Shown here one piece after another: positions 28,735 through 37,948 of a stretch of 64,000 nt of DNA. The notes beneath the pieces were generated by a model. That model saw nothing but the letters and a program-made list of their open reading frames with translations, did no database searches and was not told where the DNA came from. The stretch's first letter is position 1, and the number at the start of each line of letters is the position of its first letter. This DNA comes from an uncultured Chloroflexota bacterium (GTDB lineage Bacteria; Chloroflexota; Dehalococcoidia; Lucifugimonadales; Lucifugimonadaceae): the NCBI GenBank assembly GCA_913042135.1, contig CAJWJL010000001.1:29540-93539 (forward strand). Reading direction: 5' to 3'. Position numbers and translations under genes: made by a program.

Positions 28735-29208
28735 ATGTATCAGAAAGTCATTCTTATTGGCCGTGTAGGTCAAAAGCAATTGGGTTACACCAAAACACAA
28801 AAGCCGGTCGCGCAATACTCGTTGGCAACAACGAAGTCCTTCAAGGACAAGCAAACTGGCGATTGGAATGAGCATACTGAATGGCACCGCTTGGTCTCAT
28901 TCAACCAGTGCGCCGAGCATGTGAACAACAAGCTTGAGCCTGGAGATCTCATTCAAGTAGAAGGCGAACTGCGCACGCGCAAATGGCAGGATCAAAGCGG
29001 TACCGATCGTTATACCACTGAAATTGTGGTGAATGATTTTCCGAAGAAACTGCCTCGCTACTACAACCGAGATGGTCAAGCTGCACCTGCACAACAGCAG
29101 GCTCCTCAGCGACAATCATCACAACCAATGGCACAAGCTGTCGGTCAGGAGTTCATGGCTCAGGGACCATCATTCGACTCGTTCGATGACATGGACATTC
29201 CGTTCTGA
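28735..29208 (+). CDS. ssb: Single-stranded DNA-binding protein
   Basis: KVILIGRVG, TEWHR, VEGELRTRKWQD..G.DRYTTEIV, acidic tail DDMDIPF. Confidence 0.95.
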   Translation: MYQKVILIGRVGQKQLGYTKTQKPVAQYSLATTKSFKDKQTGDWNEHTEWHRLVSFNQCAEHVNNKLEPGDLIQVEGELRTRKWQDQSGTDRYTTEIVVNDFPKKLPRYYNRDGQAAPAQQQAPQRQSSQPMAQAVGQEFMAQGPSFDSFDDMDIPF

Positions 29209-29231
29209 ATGAACTGATTTAACGCTTGTTT

Positions 29232-29272
29232 CACCCTGATGGGGACTTTCCCCTACAGGGTAAGCCCCATCA
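29232..29272 (+). repeat. Structured intergenic element R1
   Basis: accctg..gggga-ctt-tcccc..cagggt with an alternative tgatgggg/ccccatca stem. Confidence 0.55.
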
Positions 29273-29287
29273 TTTTCTCTATGGAGA

Positions 29288-29485
29288 ATGACTATGGGCT
29301 TTTCACGAAAAGAGGTTTATTTCTGGCTGGAGACAGCGAGCGATGAACAACTCCAGCACATGCTGAACACGTCGAAAGATATGCTCAGTATGCTCACCGA
29401 CAAAGAACAGGTTTCATCGTTGAAATGGCTTCGTGCCAAAATCATCGAAGAAATTAATGCCCGAAGAGAAGCTAAACAAGCTTAA
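29288..29485 (+). CDS. Small hypothetical protein
   Basis: 65-aa ORF, RBS ggag. Confidence 0.6.
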   Translation: MTMGFSRKEVYFWLETASDEQLQHMLNTSKDMLSMLTDKEQVSSLKWLRAKIIEEINARREAKQA

Positions 29486-29792
29486 AGCTTTGTTTGCGTT
29501 TTAACTTTTCGAGCAACTGGTCTTGCTCTTCCGGAGTACCAAAAGCGATGGATCGTATTGCTTGCCACTCTAATGTGTCAGGCTTGCCTTTCAATCGTTT
29601 ATCGGTCTCCTCTTGCAGATACTCCATAAAGTACGGGCTCGCCGCCTGTCTTGCCTGGATGTACTCCGCATACGTCTTGATAGCTTTGGCATCGATACCG
29701 GCTTTTGCCAGTAACGGAGCCTGATTGTCGAGACCAACCCTTGTAAACCTGAAATTACCTTGGTCATCCACGATGTAGTCTTGGGTTTGCAT
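29472..29792 (-). CDS. Hypothetical protein on the opposite strand inside the early region
   Basis: 106 aa, RBS aggagg, own promoter. Confidence 0.75.
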   Translation of the reverse strand: MQTQDYIVDDQGNFRFTRVGLDNQAPLLAKAGIDAKAIKTYAEYIQARQAASPYFMEYLQEETDKRLKGKPDTLEWQAIRSIAFGTPEEQDQLLEKLKRKQSFKLV

Positions 29793-29813
29793 ATCTCAAT
29801 ACCTCCTGGGGTC

Positions 29814-29842
29814 ATTATACCTCACATACTCAACTAGCAACC
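29814..29842 (-). promoter_or_regulatory. Promoter GGTTGCTA-N15-TATAAT (variant of the conserved motif)
   Basis: Reverse complement ggTTGCTAgttgagtatgtgaggTATAAT. Confidence 0.6.
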
Positions 29843-29854
29843 TGGAGCAATCCT

Positions 29855-30826
29855 ATGAATCAACCGCAAAACCAAGTGGCGCAAAAGCCCACTAACCAAT
29901 GGCACCAGGCAATTGAGTCCGCCAAGGACAAATTCTCTGGTTCCGGTCTGGACTTCTTTCAGGAGCAGATCTTTGCCACCCAACTCTTGATGAATAACAG
30001 CTACTTGCTGGATGTCGCCAAGAAAAACCCATCGAGTCTTCGCTTGGCGATGTACAACGTAGCGGCAGTCGGATTGACGCTGAACCCTAACCAGGGTCTG
30101 GCCTATCTGGTACCGCGACGATTACGCAAGAACGAAGACCCGAAAGTGATGCTCGACATCTCCTACCGGGGATTGATCACTATCGGTGTTGAAACGGGTG
30201 CAATTCGCTGGGCCAAGGCTGAACTTGTCTATGAGAAAGACCAGTTCACCTACAAAGGTCCAGCCGAGAAACCAGACCACTTCTGCGACCCTTTTTCTAC
30301 GGAAAGAGGAGCCGTTCGAGGTGGCTACTGTATCGCGGAACTTCCTTCTGGGGGTGTCCTGGTCGAGCCTATGTCCAAAGCGGACATGGACAAGATTCGG
30401 GATGTCTCAGAGGCCTTCAAGAAAGGTCTTGGCCCTTGGGTCGATTGGGAAGATCAGATGCAACTGAAATCGGTAGTGAAGCGAGCTTCCAAATGGTGGC
30501 CCAAGTCTACGCCTCGACTGGCTAAAGCCCTTCAGATCCTCAATGAGGAAAATGGAGAAGGCCTCGCCGTCCTGTCGAAAGATATGGCAACCGTAGGAAT
30601 GTTACCGCCTCCGCCGAGTCGTGATGAAGTGCCGCTTACTGTACAGAATACCGTGAAACAACTGGTAGACCGTGCGGTTAAGCAAAATGCTTTTGAAGCG
30701 TGTCGGGAGTTAATGGAAAGCCGGATCAAGAATCCTGCTGAACTGTCTTTTGCATATAGCGAACTGGATAAGGCCAAGGCTGAGTCTGAAGCGAAAATGC
30801 ACGAGCAGAAAATCATTAACGCCTGA
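29855..30826 (+). CDS. recT: RecT/Bet-family single-strand annealing recombinase
   Basis: GLTLNP..GLAYLVPR, LDISYRGL, AELVYEKDQF, GPWVDWEDQMQLKSVVKRASKWWP. Confidence 0.9.
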   Translation: MNQPQNQVAQKPTNQWHQAIESAKDKFSGSGLDFFQEQIFATQLLMNNSYLLDVAKKNPSSLRLAMYNVAAVGLTLNPNQGLAYLVPRRLRKNEDPKVMLDISYRGLITIGVETGAIRWAKAELVYEKDQFTYKGPAEKPDHFCDPFSTERGAVRGGYCIAELPSGGVLVEPMSKADMDKIRDVSEAFKKGLGPWVDWEDQMQLKSVVKRASKWWPKSTPRLAKALQILNEENGEGLAVLSKDMATVGMLPPPPSRDEVPLTVQNTVKQLVDRAVKQNAFEACRELMESRIKNPAELSFAYSELDKAKAESEAKMHEQKIINA

Positions 30827-30836
30827 TTTCAACTAA

Positions 30837-30892
30837 CACTCAACCTGCTGGGGTGATGCTTACTCCAGTGGAGGTGCATTGCCCCTTTTTTT
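30837..30892 (+). repeat. Structured intergenic element R2
   Basis: CACTCAAC-ctgctggggtgatgcttactccagtggaggtgcattgcccc-T7; near copy of R3. Confidence 0.75.
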
Positions 30893-30905
30893 ACAAGGAA
30901 TAGCA

Positions 30906-31247
30906 ATGATCACTTCCAACTCTAACTACAGAACAACTCTGTTCTACTTCAACAATGTGGATCAGCTTCGTGATTTTGAGTCCTTCAAAATCTGCCCTGT
31001 CCACGCTGGTCAGCACATTCCAGATACTGAAGCTGATAAAGCGGATTACTGGTGTGTCATCGGAATTTATAAGGCTGAGCAAGCGCGAGCGAACCAAAGC
31101 CCTTCTTTTCCGGTAGCTGATTTACCTACTGAGCTGTACGCAAACCTGTTCGCACAACTGTGTCGTCAACTGGTCAGCAGTACACCTGACAGTGCTTCAA
31201 CCAAAACACTGACAAAAGCTCTTCAGTCTCAAGCCTTAACAGCCTGA
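30906..31247 (+). CDS. Hypothetical protein
   Basis: ATG 30906 with RBS aagga. Confidence 0.7.
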   Translation: MITSNSNYRTTLFYFNNVDQLRDFESFKICPVHAGQHIPDTEADKADYWCVIGIYKAEQARANQSPSFPVADLPTELYANLFAQLCRQLVSSTPDSASTKTLTKALQSQALTA

Positions 31248-31262
31248 GATTAACCAATCTAT

Positions 31263-31312
31263 CACTCAACCCACTGGGGTAATGCTTACTCCAGTGGAGA
31301 TGGCATTACCTC
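31263..31312 (+). repeat. Structured intergenic element R3
   Basis: CACTCAAC-ccactggggtaatgcttactccagtggagatggcattacctc. Confidence 0.75.
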
Positions 31313-31330
31313 TATTTAGAGGAATCAGTA

Positions 31331-32335
31331 ATGTCAAATATGAAAGTAGTTGATCTTAATCAGCGTTCAGAGGAGTGGTTGCAATGGCGGTCTAAGGGAG
31401 TGACGGCATCGGATATTCCGATCATCCTTGGGCTCAGTCCATACAAGACACGTTGGCAACTTTGGGCGGAAAAAGTCGGGCGTATTAATGCTCCTGATAT
31501 ATCCAACAACCCCAATGTAAAACGTGGTGTTCGCCTTGAAGATGAAGCTCGCCAATTGGCCGAAGGTCGTTATGGTGAGGTTCTGCTTCCGCTCTGTGGG
31601 GAATGCGCTCGATGGGATGTGTTGCGTGCGAGCTTTGATGGGCTCGATTCAGCAATGCAACCATTTGAGTTCAAGGCCCCCAGTGAATCGGTGTGGGATG
31701 ACATCGAAAAGAAAGGTGTCGAGTCCAGTACGTACAAATTGTATGAGGCGCAAGTCCATGCTCAATGTGCAGTTGCTGGGACGACAACCGGTCGCCTGAT
31801 TTTTTATAAAGAAGGCGGTCAGGACCTAGATTTTTCTGTCACGTTAACACCTGAAAGGGAGAATGAAATCCTTGAGGCGGCAAAGCTCTTTTGGGAGCAC
31901 GTAGTAACCAATACGCCCCCTGAGCCTGATCCTGAAAGAGACTGGTATATACCGGAATCTGGAGATCAGCAGTTCAAGTGGGATGCGTATGCTGATGCAT
32001 GGCGCACGCAGCACCATCGCATACAAGCACTTAAAGATGAACTGAAAGTTCTTGAAAAAGAGCAGAAGGGGATTCAGAAGGCAATGATCACGTTGATGGG
32101 TCCGTTTATGCAGGCGGACATTGGTGGCGTGAAAGTTACCCGATTCATGAAGAAGGGCAGTATCGATTATGGCGCTTATCTGAAGGTCACGTTCCCAGAT
32201 AAAGACCTAACCGATGAACTGGAGTCCTACCGCAAAGCGTCTCGTGAGGAGTCTCGCTTCAGCAGGTCTGAAGATGAACTCGTTAATACGGATGTTGGTG
32301 AGGTTGTGACTACGGTGAAATCTGCTTACTTCTGA
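31331..32335 (+). CDS. YqaJ/lambda-Exo-family exonuclease
   Basis: QRSEEWLQWRSKGVTASD..IILGLSPYKT, G..LE..AR, RASFDG, EFKAP, Y..QV..Q. Confidence 0.92.
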   Translation: MSNMKVVDLNQRSEEWLQWRSKGVTASDIPIILGLSPYKTRWQLWAEKVGRINAPDISNNPNVKRGVRLEDEARQLAEGRYGEVLLPLCGECARWDVLRASFDGLDSAMQPFEFKAPSESVWDDIEKKGVESSTYKLYEAQVHAQCAVAGTTTGRLIFYKEGGQDLDFSVTLTPERENEILEAAKLFWEHVVTNTPPEPDPERDWYIPESGDQQFKWDAYADAWRTQHHRIQALKDELKVLEKEQKGIQKAMITLMGPFMQADIGGVKVTRFMKKGSIDYGAYLKVTFPDKDLTDELESYRKASREESRFSRSEDELVNTDVGEVVTTVKSAYF

Positions 32336-32574
32336 TATGTGAATTTAAGTGTGATGCCCTGGGGAGCTTGTAGCCCCAGGGTACAAATATTTGACTTGTC
32401 CACCATCGGACACCAGACAAGAATTCCGGCTTTCTTGCCCGTAAGCAAGGGAGCCAAACATAGCGGGTACTCCTGATTGGAGGCGAGGTTCGCAGGCTTC
32501 CCTAAAGCGTTTTCGCTGAGAGCGTTTTAGGGAGCCTGTGGGCTTCAAATTCAATCAAATTTAGGAGATTCGCT

Positions 32575-32829
32575 ATGACACATTTCGTAATGACTGAAGA
32601 ACAAGTACAGCAATCAGTTGCTGGTGCTCGAATAGAATCCGCCGTTTCGGTTGCGATCGCGCAAGCCGACAAAATGTCAGAATGCGGCGGTTGCCATATG
32701 ACCGTGGTGCGCACAAAGCGTCATGGAATATGTATCTATCACGACTACCAGATGAAAGTTGCTAAAGATGAAATCATTGAAGAAATCTACAGCACAGAGA
32801 ATGGTTTCATATTTCGGTCGGCTGCTTAA
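32575..32829 (+). CDS. Small hypothetical protein (paralogue of 28138-28374)
   Basis: 84 aa, RBS aggag. Confidence 0.7.
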   Translation: MTHFVMTEEQVQQSVAGARIESAVSVAIAQADKMSECGGCHMTVVRTKRHGICIYHDYQMKVAKDEIIEEIYSTENGFIFRSAA

Positions 32830-33092
32830 TGGCGGCTCCGAAGGAAGTGGGCAATACATGCATAGAGATGCAGCCTGTCATCAGAATCTGCATCTTGTAT
32901 TGCGCCTTACTACTCTATGTGAGGCGAGGCGGATACGTTGAGTATCTGCCTTCCTTATGTCCATTCTGGAAACGGAGTGGCTATAAGAAAGGCGAAATCG
33001 TCTTCACAGAATTTTGATCGTGCTCGCACGACAAAATAAGTGTCTATTCCGGATATTGAAACGGACACGACGGCTGCGGCTGTATATCCCTA

Positions 33093-33161
33093 CTCAACAT
33101 TTAAAGTCTAACCACGCCAGTAGGCCATCATCACCTACTGGGTGGTCGGTGTGCTTCTGGC
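33093..33161 (+). repeat. Structured intergenic element R4
   Basis: CTCAAC; ccagtagg/cctactgg stem and an alternative gccagtaggc/gcttctggc stem. Confidence 0.5.
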
Positions 33162-33204
33162 TGGGGTGACTTATACCTCAACACAATGTAATAGGAGCAC
33201 ATCC

Positions 33205-34170
33205 ATGACACATCGTGATCAAGCTTTAGCTGTTCGCACTACTTTCAACCTTGATGTACCCGCTGAGGTCATCACAGCAGGCTTTGCTGACACACAGAAC
33301 CCTCATGTGCCTAACCGCGATGATGGCTATGTGTTTCGTCGGGAAACCTTGCGCGACATCCTGAGTTTTCTGGATGACCCCGATGGCGATGGTTTGTATT
33401 TCTCTGGTCACTACGGTGCCGGTAAAACAACCTTGCCCTACCAGGTAGCCGCTCGGCTTTGCTGGCCAGTTCAATCCTTCACGGCTCACAGTCGTATGGA
33501 ATTTGATGATCTGGTTGGTACCTGGAAACTGGTCAACGGCACCATGCAATTCCTGCATGGACCCTTAGCCGTTGCCATGCGTGAAGGTCACTTGTTCATA
33601 TTGAACGAAATCGACCGCGCCGATCCTGGTCAGCTTGCTGGTCTGCATGATGTCCTTGAAGGGCATCCCTTGGTTATTGCAACCAATGGAGGAGAGGTGA
33701 TTCGCGCACATGAAAACTTTCGATTCATTGCCAATGGCAACAGCATGGGATCTGGAGACAGTACCGGGCTGTATCAAGGCGTTAACCAATTGGATATAGC
33801 CTTTATGGATCGATTCAGGGTGGTCGAAGTTGATTATCCAACCGAGGATGTCGAAATGATGATCCTCCAAAAGAAAACACCAGAGCTTCCCGAAGAAATC
33901 CGTCGGAACATGATTCGCGTTGCGAACCAGATCCGGAGGCTGTTCATTGGTGGAGAGGAATCGGCTACGCCGTTGACCATTACGATGTCTACTCGTGCCT
34001 TGTGCCGGTGGGCAAAGTTAACCCTGGTGTTTCGCAATGCGCCTAACGCGCTCGCTTATGCTTTGAATCAGTCGTTGCTTGCAAAGGCTGAACCTGAACA
34101 GAAGATTGCGATCGAGCAAATTGCTAGAGACGTGTTTGGCTCAACCTGGCAACAGGGAGAGGCAGCATGA
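33205..34170 (+). CDS. CbbQ/NirQ/NorQ (MoxR/CobS-like) AAA+ ATPase
   Basis: Walker A GHYGAGKT, GPLAVAMREG..FILNEID, FRFIANGN, AFMDRF..VEVDYP, STRAL. Confidence 0.9.
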   Translation: MTHRDQALAVRTTFNLDVPAEVITAGFADTQNPHVPNRDDGYVFRRETLRDILSFLDDPDGDGLYFSGHYGAGKTTLPYQVAARLCWPVQSFTAHSRMEFDDLVGTWKLVNGTMQFLHGPLAVAMREGHLFILNEIDRADPGQLAGLHDVLEGHPLVIATNGGEVIRAHENFRFIANGNSMGSGDSTGLYQGVNQLDIAFMDRFRVVEVDYPTEDVEMMILQKKTPELPEEIRRNMIRVANQIRRLFIGGEESATPLTITMSTRALCRWAKLTLVFRNAPNALAYALNQSLLAKAEPEQKIAIEQIARDVFGSTWQQGEAA

Positions 34171-34991
34171 GCAATGAATTTGTCGTACTTCATTACCAGG
34201 ATGGCAGCTCCGATAAGATCTGGGCTATCAATAAAGTAGCGAATGCGGATAACTCGCACACCGTTTGGTTTGGTAGACGCGGAACCAAGCTGCAAAGCAA
34301 GAAAGTTGGCTATAAAACATGGTCTTCTTTAATGCAAAGCAAGCTGGATAAGGGCTATCACGAAGTGGAAAACGTCACTATTGATGTTGAAAACAGCGTG
34401 GTTGTTCCTTTTCTTCAGGCAACTGAAGAATCCGAAGAGTTACCTGATGCCTTGTGGTACCGGGTGTCCAATCAGGTTCCTGTGAATGTGATTCGTGACT
34501 ATCTGAATATCACTATTCAACTGGTTTCCGAGCATAGCAATGAGGAGTTAGAGCGGTTAATTCAGCTTCCGACTTACAAAGCGTTATATGCGGGGAAAAA
34601 GAGCGGTGGTGCTGACTACACGGAGGGGCCTTTGGCCCTTCTGTTGTTGTTTGGTTTACGTCGTTACCTAAATGATGTTGCTGGTTCTCCGCTATCTACG
34701 GAAATCATGCAGATTGCTAATGATGGAAGTGAGCTTCTCCCTGAGAGGTTTGCGGACATAGAGGACTATGTTCGTTCCTATGCCATTGGGTTGTTTGAAC
34801 ACAACGGATGGTTTGGGAACCGGACAAGTGGTGATTGGAAGGAATATGTCGATGGCGTAGCCAGACAGCATAACCTTTCTCACTACACCTCAGTAATTGG
34901 CATCAAGCCATTAGCAATTGTGATGGGATGTATTGACGCTCCGATTGATCTGACGGTTATCCGTACAGAGACAAAGGCTGCGTTTTTCTGA
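34167..34991 (+). CDS. Protein with N-terminal WGR-like domain
   Basis: GSSDKIW...VWFGRRG...SKLDKGY pattern. Confidence 0.65.
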   Translation: MSNEFVVLHYQDGSSDKIWAINKVANADNSHTVWFGRRGTKLQSKKVGYKTWSSLMQSKLDKGYHEVENVTIDVENSVVVPFLQATEESEELPDALWYRVSNQVPVNVIRDYLNITIQLVSEHSNEELERLIQLPTYKALYAGKKSGGADYTEGPLALLLLFGLRRYLNDVAGSPLSTEIMQIANDGSELLPERFADIEDYVRSYAIGLFEHNGWFGNRTSGDWKEYVDGVARQHNLSHYTSVIGIKPLAIVMGCIDAPIDLTVIRTETKAAFF

Positions 34992-35109
34992 CTGTCGCCA
35001 ACCTGGATGGGCAACCATCCTATTCTCAACCTCCTCTGGCCTTTAGGCCAAACACTCAATCTCGCTAGGTAACTAGCTACTCAACCACTTTCTCTACAAG
35101 GAGATACAC

Positions 35110-36054
35110 ATGGAATTTATCCGTGGGACCACACTCGTCCATTTGAAAATGCGCTGCTGGGGCGGAGAGAAAAAGGCCTCCCGAGACAGCGACATTCACT
35201 TAGGCGCTGACGGCAAAATGCCGCCAGAAAAACTGCTCGATTTGGGCAGAAAGAAGATATTTCCACCAAAGGCGCTCGACCCTTTAATGAGTAAGCGTAA
35301 AGCGGCGGAAAGAGCTTGTTTAGCTGAAGGTACACGTTTCATGGGCGGCTTTGCCGTTCCCGATGATGTTGTAGAAGGTCTTTTGGCCAAACTCGAAGAC
35401 ATCAAGGAAATGTTCTATTCGGAGTTGCAGGTATTTCTTGCTGATTTCGACCGGAACAAAGAAGCGTGGATCGCGGAGAACGACGAATTTGCACACATCA
35501 TTCGTGACCAGGTTCCTGACCGGGAAACGGTGTCAAAGTCGTTTGAATTCTCCATCAAGCTTTACAAGCTACAGCCACTCGAAGGCTTCGAGCCTGACGA
35601 AAATGAAGTGGCGAACCAGATCTTGCATGAGGTGGGTTTAACCTGCAAACAGATGTCTGATCGCATGTTGGACCGGAAACGGTCAATCAGCGGTAAGAAC
35701 CTCTCTGAGCAGCTCGATCCTCTTATCAAGAAACTCGATACCTTGTCGTTCGGTAATGGTCGCATCCTGAAGGTACTTAATGAGTTTTTTGCTCTGCAAA
35801 AAGCCATTCCGATGGAAATGATTGACCAGGATCACCCGACATTTGGGCAAGTGCTTACCTTCCTTTCAATGTGTTCTGACAGCGACAAGCTTGAACGAAT
35901 CATTGATGGGCAATTTTCAGTAAGCAAGCTCATAGAGGATATGAAACGGTCGGTAACGGTTTCCAGCTCGTCTGGACCAGAGCCAACCATACCAAAATCA
36001 ACCCAACCTGCGGCTGTGACAACGCACACCATAACGGCTGGGGCTTACTTCTAG
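35110..36054 (+). CDS. DUF3150-family protein
   Basis: W.GEKK...LG.KKI....L......K..AER.C...GTRFMGGFAVP; synteny with AAA/vWA. Confidence 0.8.
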   Translation: MEFIRGTTLVHLKMRCWGGEKKASRDSDIHLGADGKMPPEKLLDLGRKKIFPPKALDPLMSKRKAAERACLAEGTRFMGGFAVPDDVVEGLLAKLEDIKEMFYSELQVFLADFDRNKEAWIAENDEFAHIIRDQVPDRETVSKSFEFSIKLYKLQPLEGFEPDENEVANQILHEVGLTCKQMSDRMLDRKRSISGKNLSEQLDPLIKKLDTLSFGNGRILKVLNEFFALQKAIPMEMIDQDHPTFGQVLTFLSMCSDSDKLERIIDGQFSVSKLIEDMKRSVTVSSSSGPEPTIPKSTQPAAVTTHTITAGAYF

Positions 36055-36064
36055 GGAGGTTCGT

Positions 36065-37867
36065 ATGAACAAACTGCAAACCGCCCTGGAAAGGGCTCTA
36101 CCTATTGTTGCGGCTGCCTATGGCGAACAGTTCGGTGTCAATGTTGTGCTGTCTGGCACGGACGCATACACCGATGGTGAGACCATTTACTTGCCTTTGC
36201 TGAACGCTATGAGTGAGCTGAGAGAAGTGTTGTTTGGCTATCTCGCTCACGAAGCTGCGCACGTTCGATCATCGGATTTCAACACCTTGAAAAAGTGTAA
36301 GAGTCCGATGGAGAAATCCTGTACCAACCTCATCGAGGACATCAGGATCGAGCGTCTCATTCAGGAAGTGTTTCCTGGTACTCAGTTTACGCTGAATGCC
36401 ATGTGGAGCTATATCGTGGAGCAGGGCATGAGCCCTCCCGCGACGCCTGAAGACAATGAAGCAACCCAGTTGTTTCAGTACCTCTTACATCGCTTGCGAT
36501 CGGAGGTGCTGCATCGGGACGCTTCAACTCCGCTGGCGGAGTCAAGCCAACGGGTGGTTGAACAGACATTTCCGGTAGGTTTTTTCGTCCGTTTGGATGG
36601 CTTGCTTGGAAAACACTTGGACAACTTAACCTGTAGCGACGACTGCCTGAAGTTGGCGAGAGCCATACTCAAGGCCTTGAAGGATGCTGAAGAAGAGGAA
36701 CGCCAACAGCAACAAAACCAGGAACAACAGCAGCAAAGCAGCGATTCATCGCAAGGTGATCAAAGCCAACAAGCTGGTGGATCGGGTGGAAGTGGTGACG
36801 GCGAATCACAACCTCAACCGGGAAAGGCAGACTCATCGAACGGTGGTGATGCTAACCAGGGGACAGGAGACTCACAGCAGTCCAGCGCAGACAGTGATGG
36901 CAACGGCAACCAGGCTCAGGATACTGGGTCAGGAAACCAGTCATCGTCGGCCCAAGGTGCATCGGATTCGTCCGGTGATCAGGGTCAACCTCAAGGTGGC
37001 AACGGTGCTTCTTTGCATGAGCGGCTCATTAACGAGACCAATCTGCCAGAGGATGCCGTTGGGCAGCTACGAGAGCAATTGGCAGATCAAGCCCGTAAAG
37101 ACAACGATGGAGAACGTGTGGCCATTGATACGTCCAGCGTGGGGAGTGATGCCCGAAATCATGGTGATACCAGTAGTTTGAAAACCGGCATTCTTGCCTC
37201 TTCAACTATTCGGTCGCGCCTGCTCGGTCTGCTGCAAGCCCAAACCCGTCAAAAGCAATGGTTACATACCAGAGGCAAGCGGGTAGACGGCAAACGCCTG
37301 GCCAGACTGCCAACCGGCGATTCGCGGGTGTTTATCCAGCGAGAGGAGATGCAACGACCTGACACTGCGGTTCATGTGCTGCTTGATTGCAGCGGTTCCA
37401 TGAATCGAATTCAGGAAGTCGCAAATCAAGCCACGGTGTCCTTGGCATTGGCTGTATCCACTATCCCGAAGTGTGACATCGCTGCGTCGATGTTTCCGGG
37501 TATTGGTGGAGAGGTCAGTCCGATACTGCATCGTGGTCAGCCTGTTCGTGCTGGTCTGGGACGATTCGCTGTTTGCTCAAGTGGCGGTACACCATTGGCA
37601 GAAGCCATGTTGTATGCCGCCAGAGAGTTAGTGGCGAGTAAGCGTCAGCGCAAGGTGCTCATCATCATCACTGATGGTGCCCCAAATAATGGGGGAGCAG
37701 TTCGATATTTGAACGACCTTGTTGCTGGTCACGTTGATACCTATGCAATTGGTATCGGCTCAAATGCGGTTAGTCAGTACTTCGAGAAGTGGTCTGTGAT
37801 CAACGATGTGAAGGAGCTTCAAAAAGCGCTTTTCACGATAGCTGGCCAATTCCTCGACCTGCACTAA
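36065..37867 (+). CDS. vWA (CobT-like) protein with N-terminal HExxH domain and Q/S/G-rich linker
   Basis: AYTDG, HEAAH, N.IED.RIE; MIDAS LDCSGSM, GGTPL, ITDG. Confidence 0.88.
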   Translation: MNKLQTALERALPIVAAAYGEQFGVNVVLSGTDAYTDGETIYLPLLNAMSELREVLFGYLAHEAAHVRSSDFNTLKKCKSPMEKSCTNLIEDIRIERLIQEVFPGTQFTLNAMWSYIVEQGMSPPATPEDNEATQLFQYLLHRLRSEVLHRDASTPLAESSQRVVEQTFPVGFFVRLDGLLGKHLDNLTCSDDCLKLARAILKALKDAEEEERQQQQNQEQQQQSSDSSQGDQSQQAGGSGGSGDGESQPQPGKADSSNGGDANQGTGDSQQSSADSDGNGNQAQDTGSGNQSSSAQGASDSSGDQGQPQGGNGASLHERLINETNLPEDAVGQLREQLADQARKDNDGERVAIDTSSVGSDARNHGDTSSLKTGILASSTIRSRLLGLLQAQTRQKQWLHTRGKRVDGKRLARLPTGDSRVFIQREEMQRPDTAVHVLLDCSGSMNRIQEVANQATVSLALAVSTIPKCDIAASMFPGIGGEVSPILHRGQPVRAGLGRFAVCSSGGTPLAEAMLYAARELVASKRQRKVLIIITDGAPNNGGAVRYLNDLVAGHVDTYAIGIGSNAVSQYFEKWSVINDVKELQKALFTIAGQFLDLH

Positions 37868-37875
37868 TGGCTTCG

Positions 37876-37930
37876 CTCAACACCCTGCGGGGATACATCT
37901 CCCCCGCACGGGTGAGGTGTGTCTTCCCGC
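37876..37930 (+). repeat. Structured intergenic element R6
   Basis: CTCAAC-accctgcggggatacatctcccccgcacgggtgaggtgtgtcttcccgc. Confidence 0.7.
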
Positions 37931-37948
37931 TACACCGGGAGGTCCACT

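Noticed and set aside
34995-35090. Another full R-element before DUF3150
   Set aside because: It has CTCAAC/CTCAAT copies and small hairpins but not the dual-stem topology; possibly degenerate, so not counted.
36690-37010. CAA/CAG-rich stretch as a DNA repeat element
   Set aside because: Explained by the Gln/Ser/Gly low-complexity linker of the vWA protein.
33205-37867. cobS/cobT cobalamin biosynthesis genes
   Set aside because: No cobN or other cob genes; the AAA/vWA pair sits in the typical mobile-element context.
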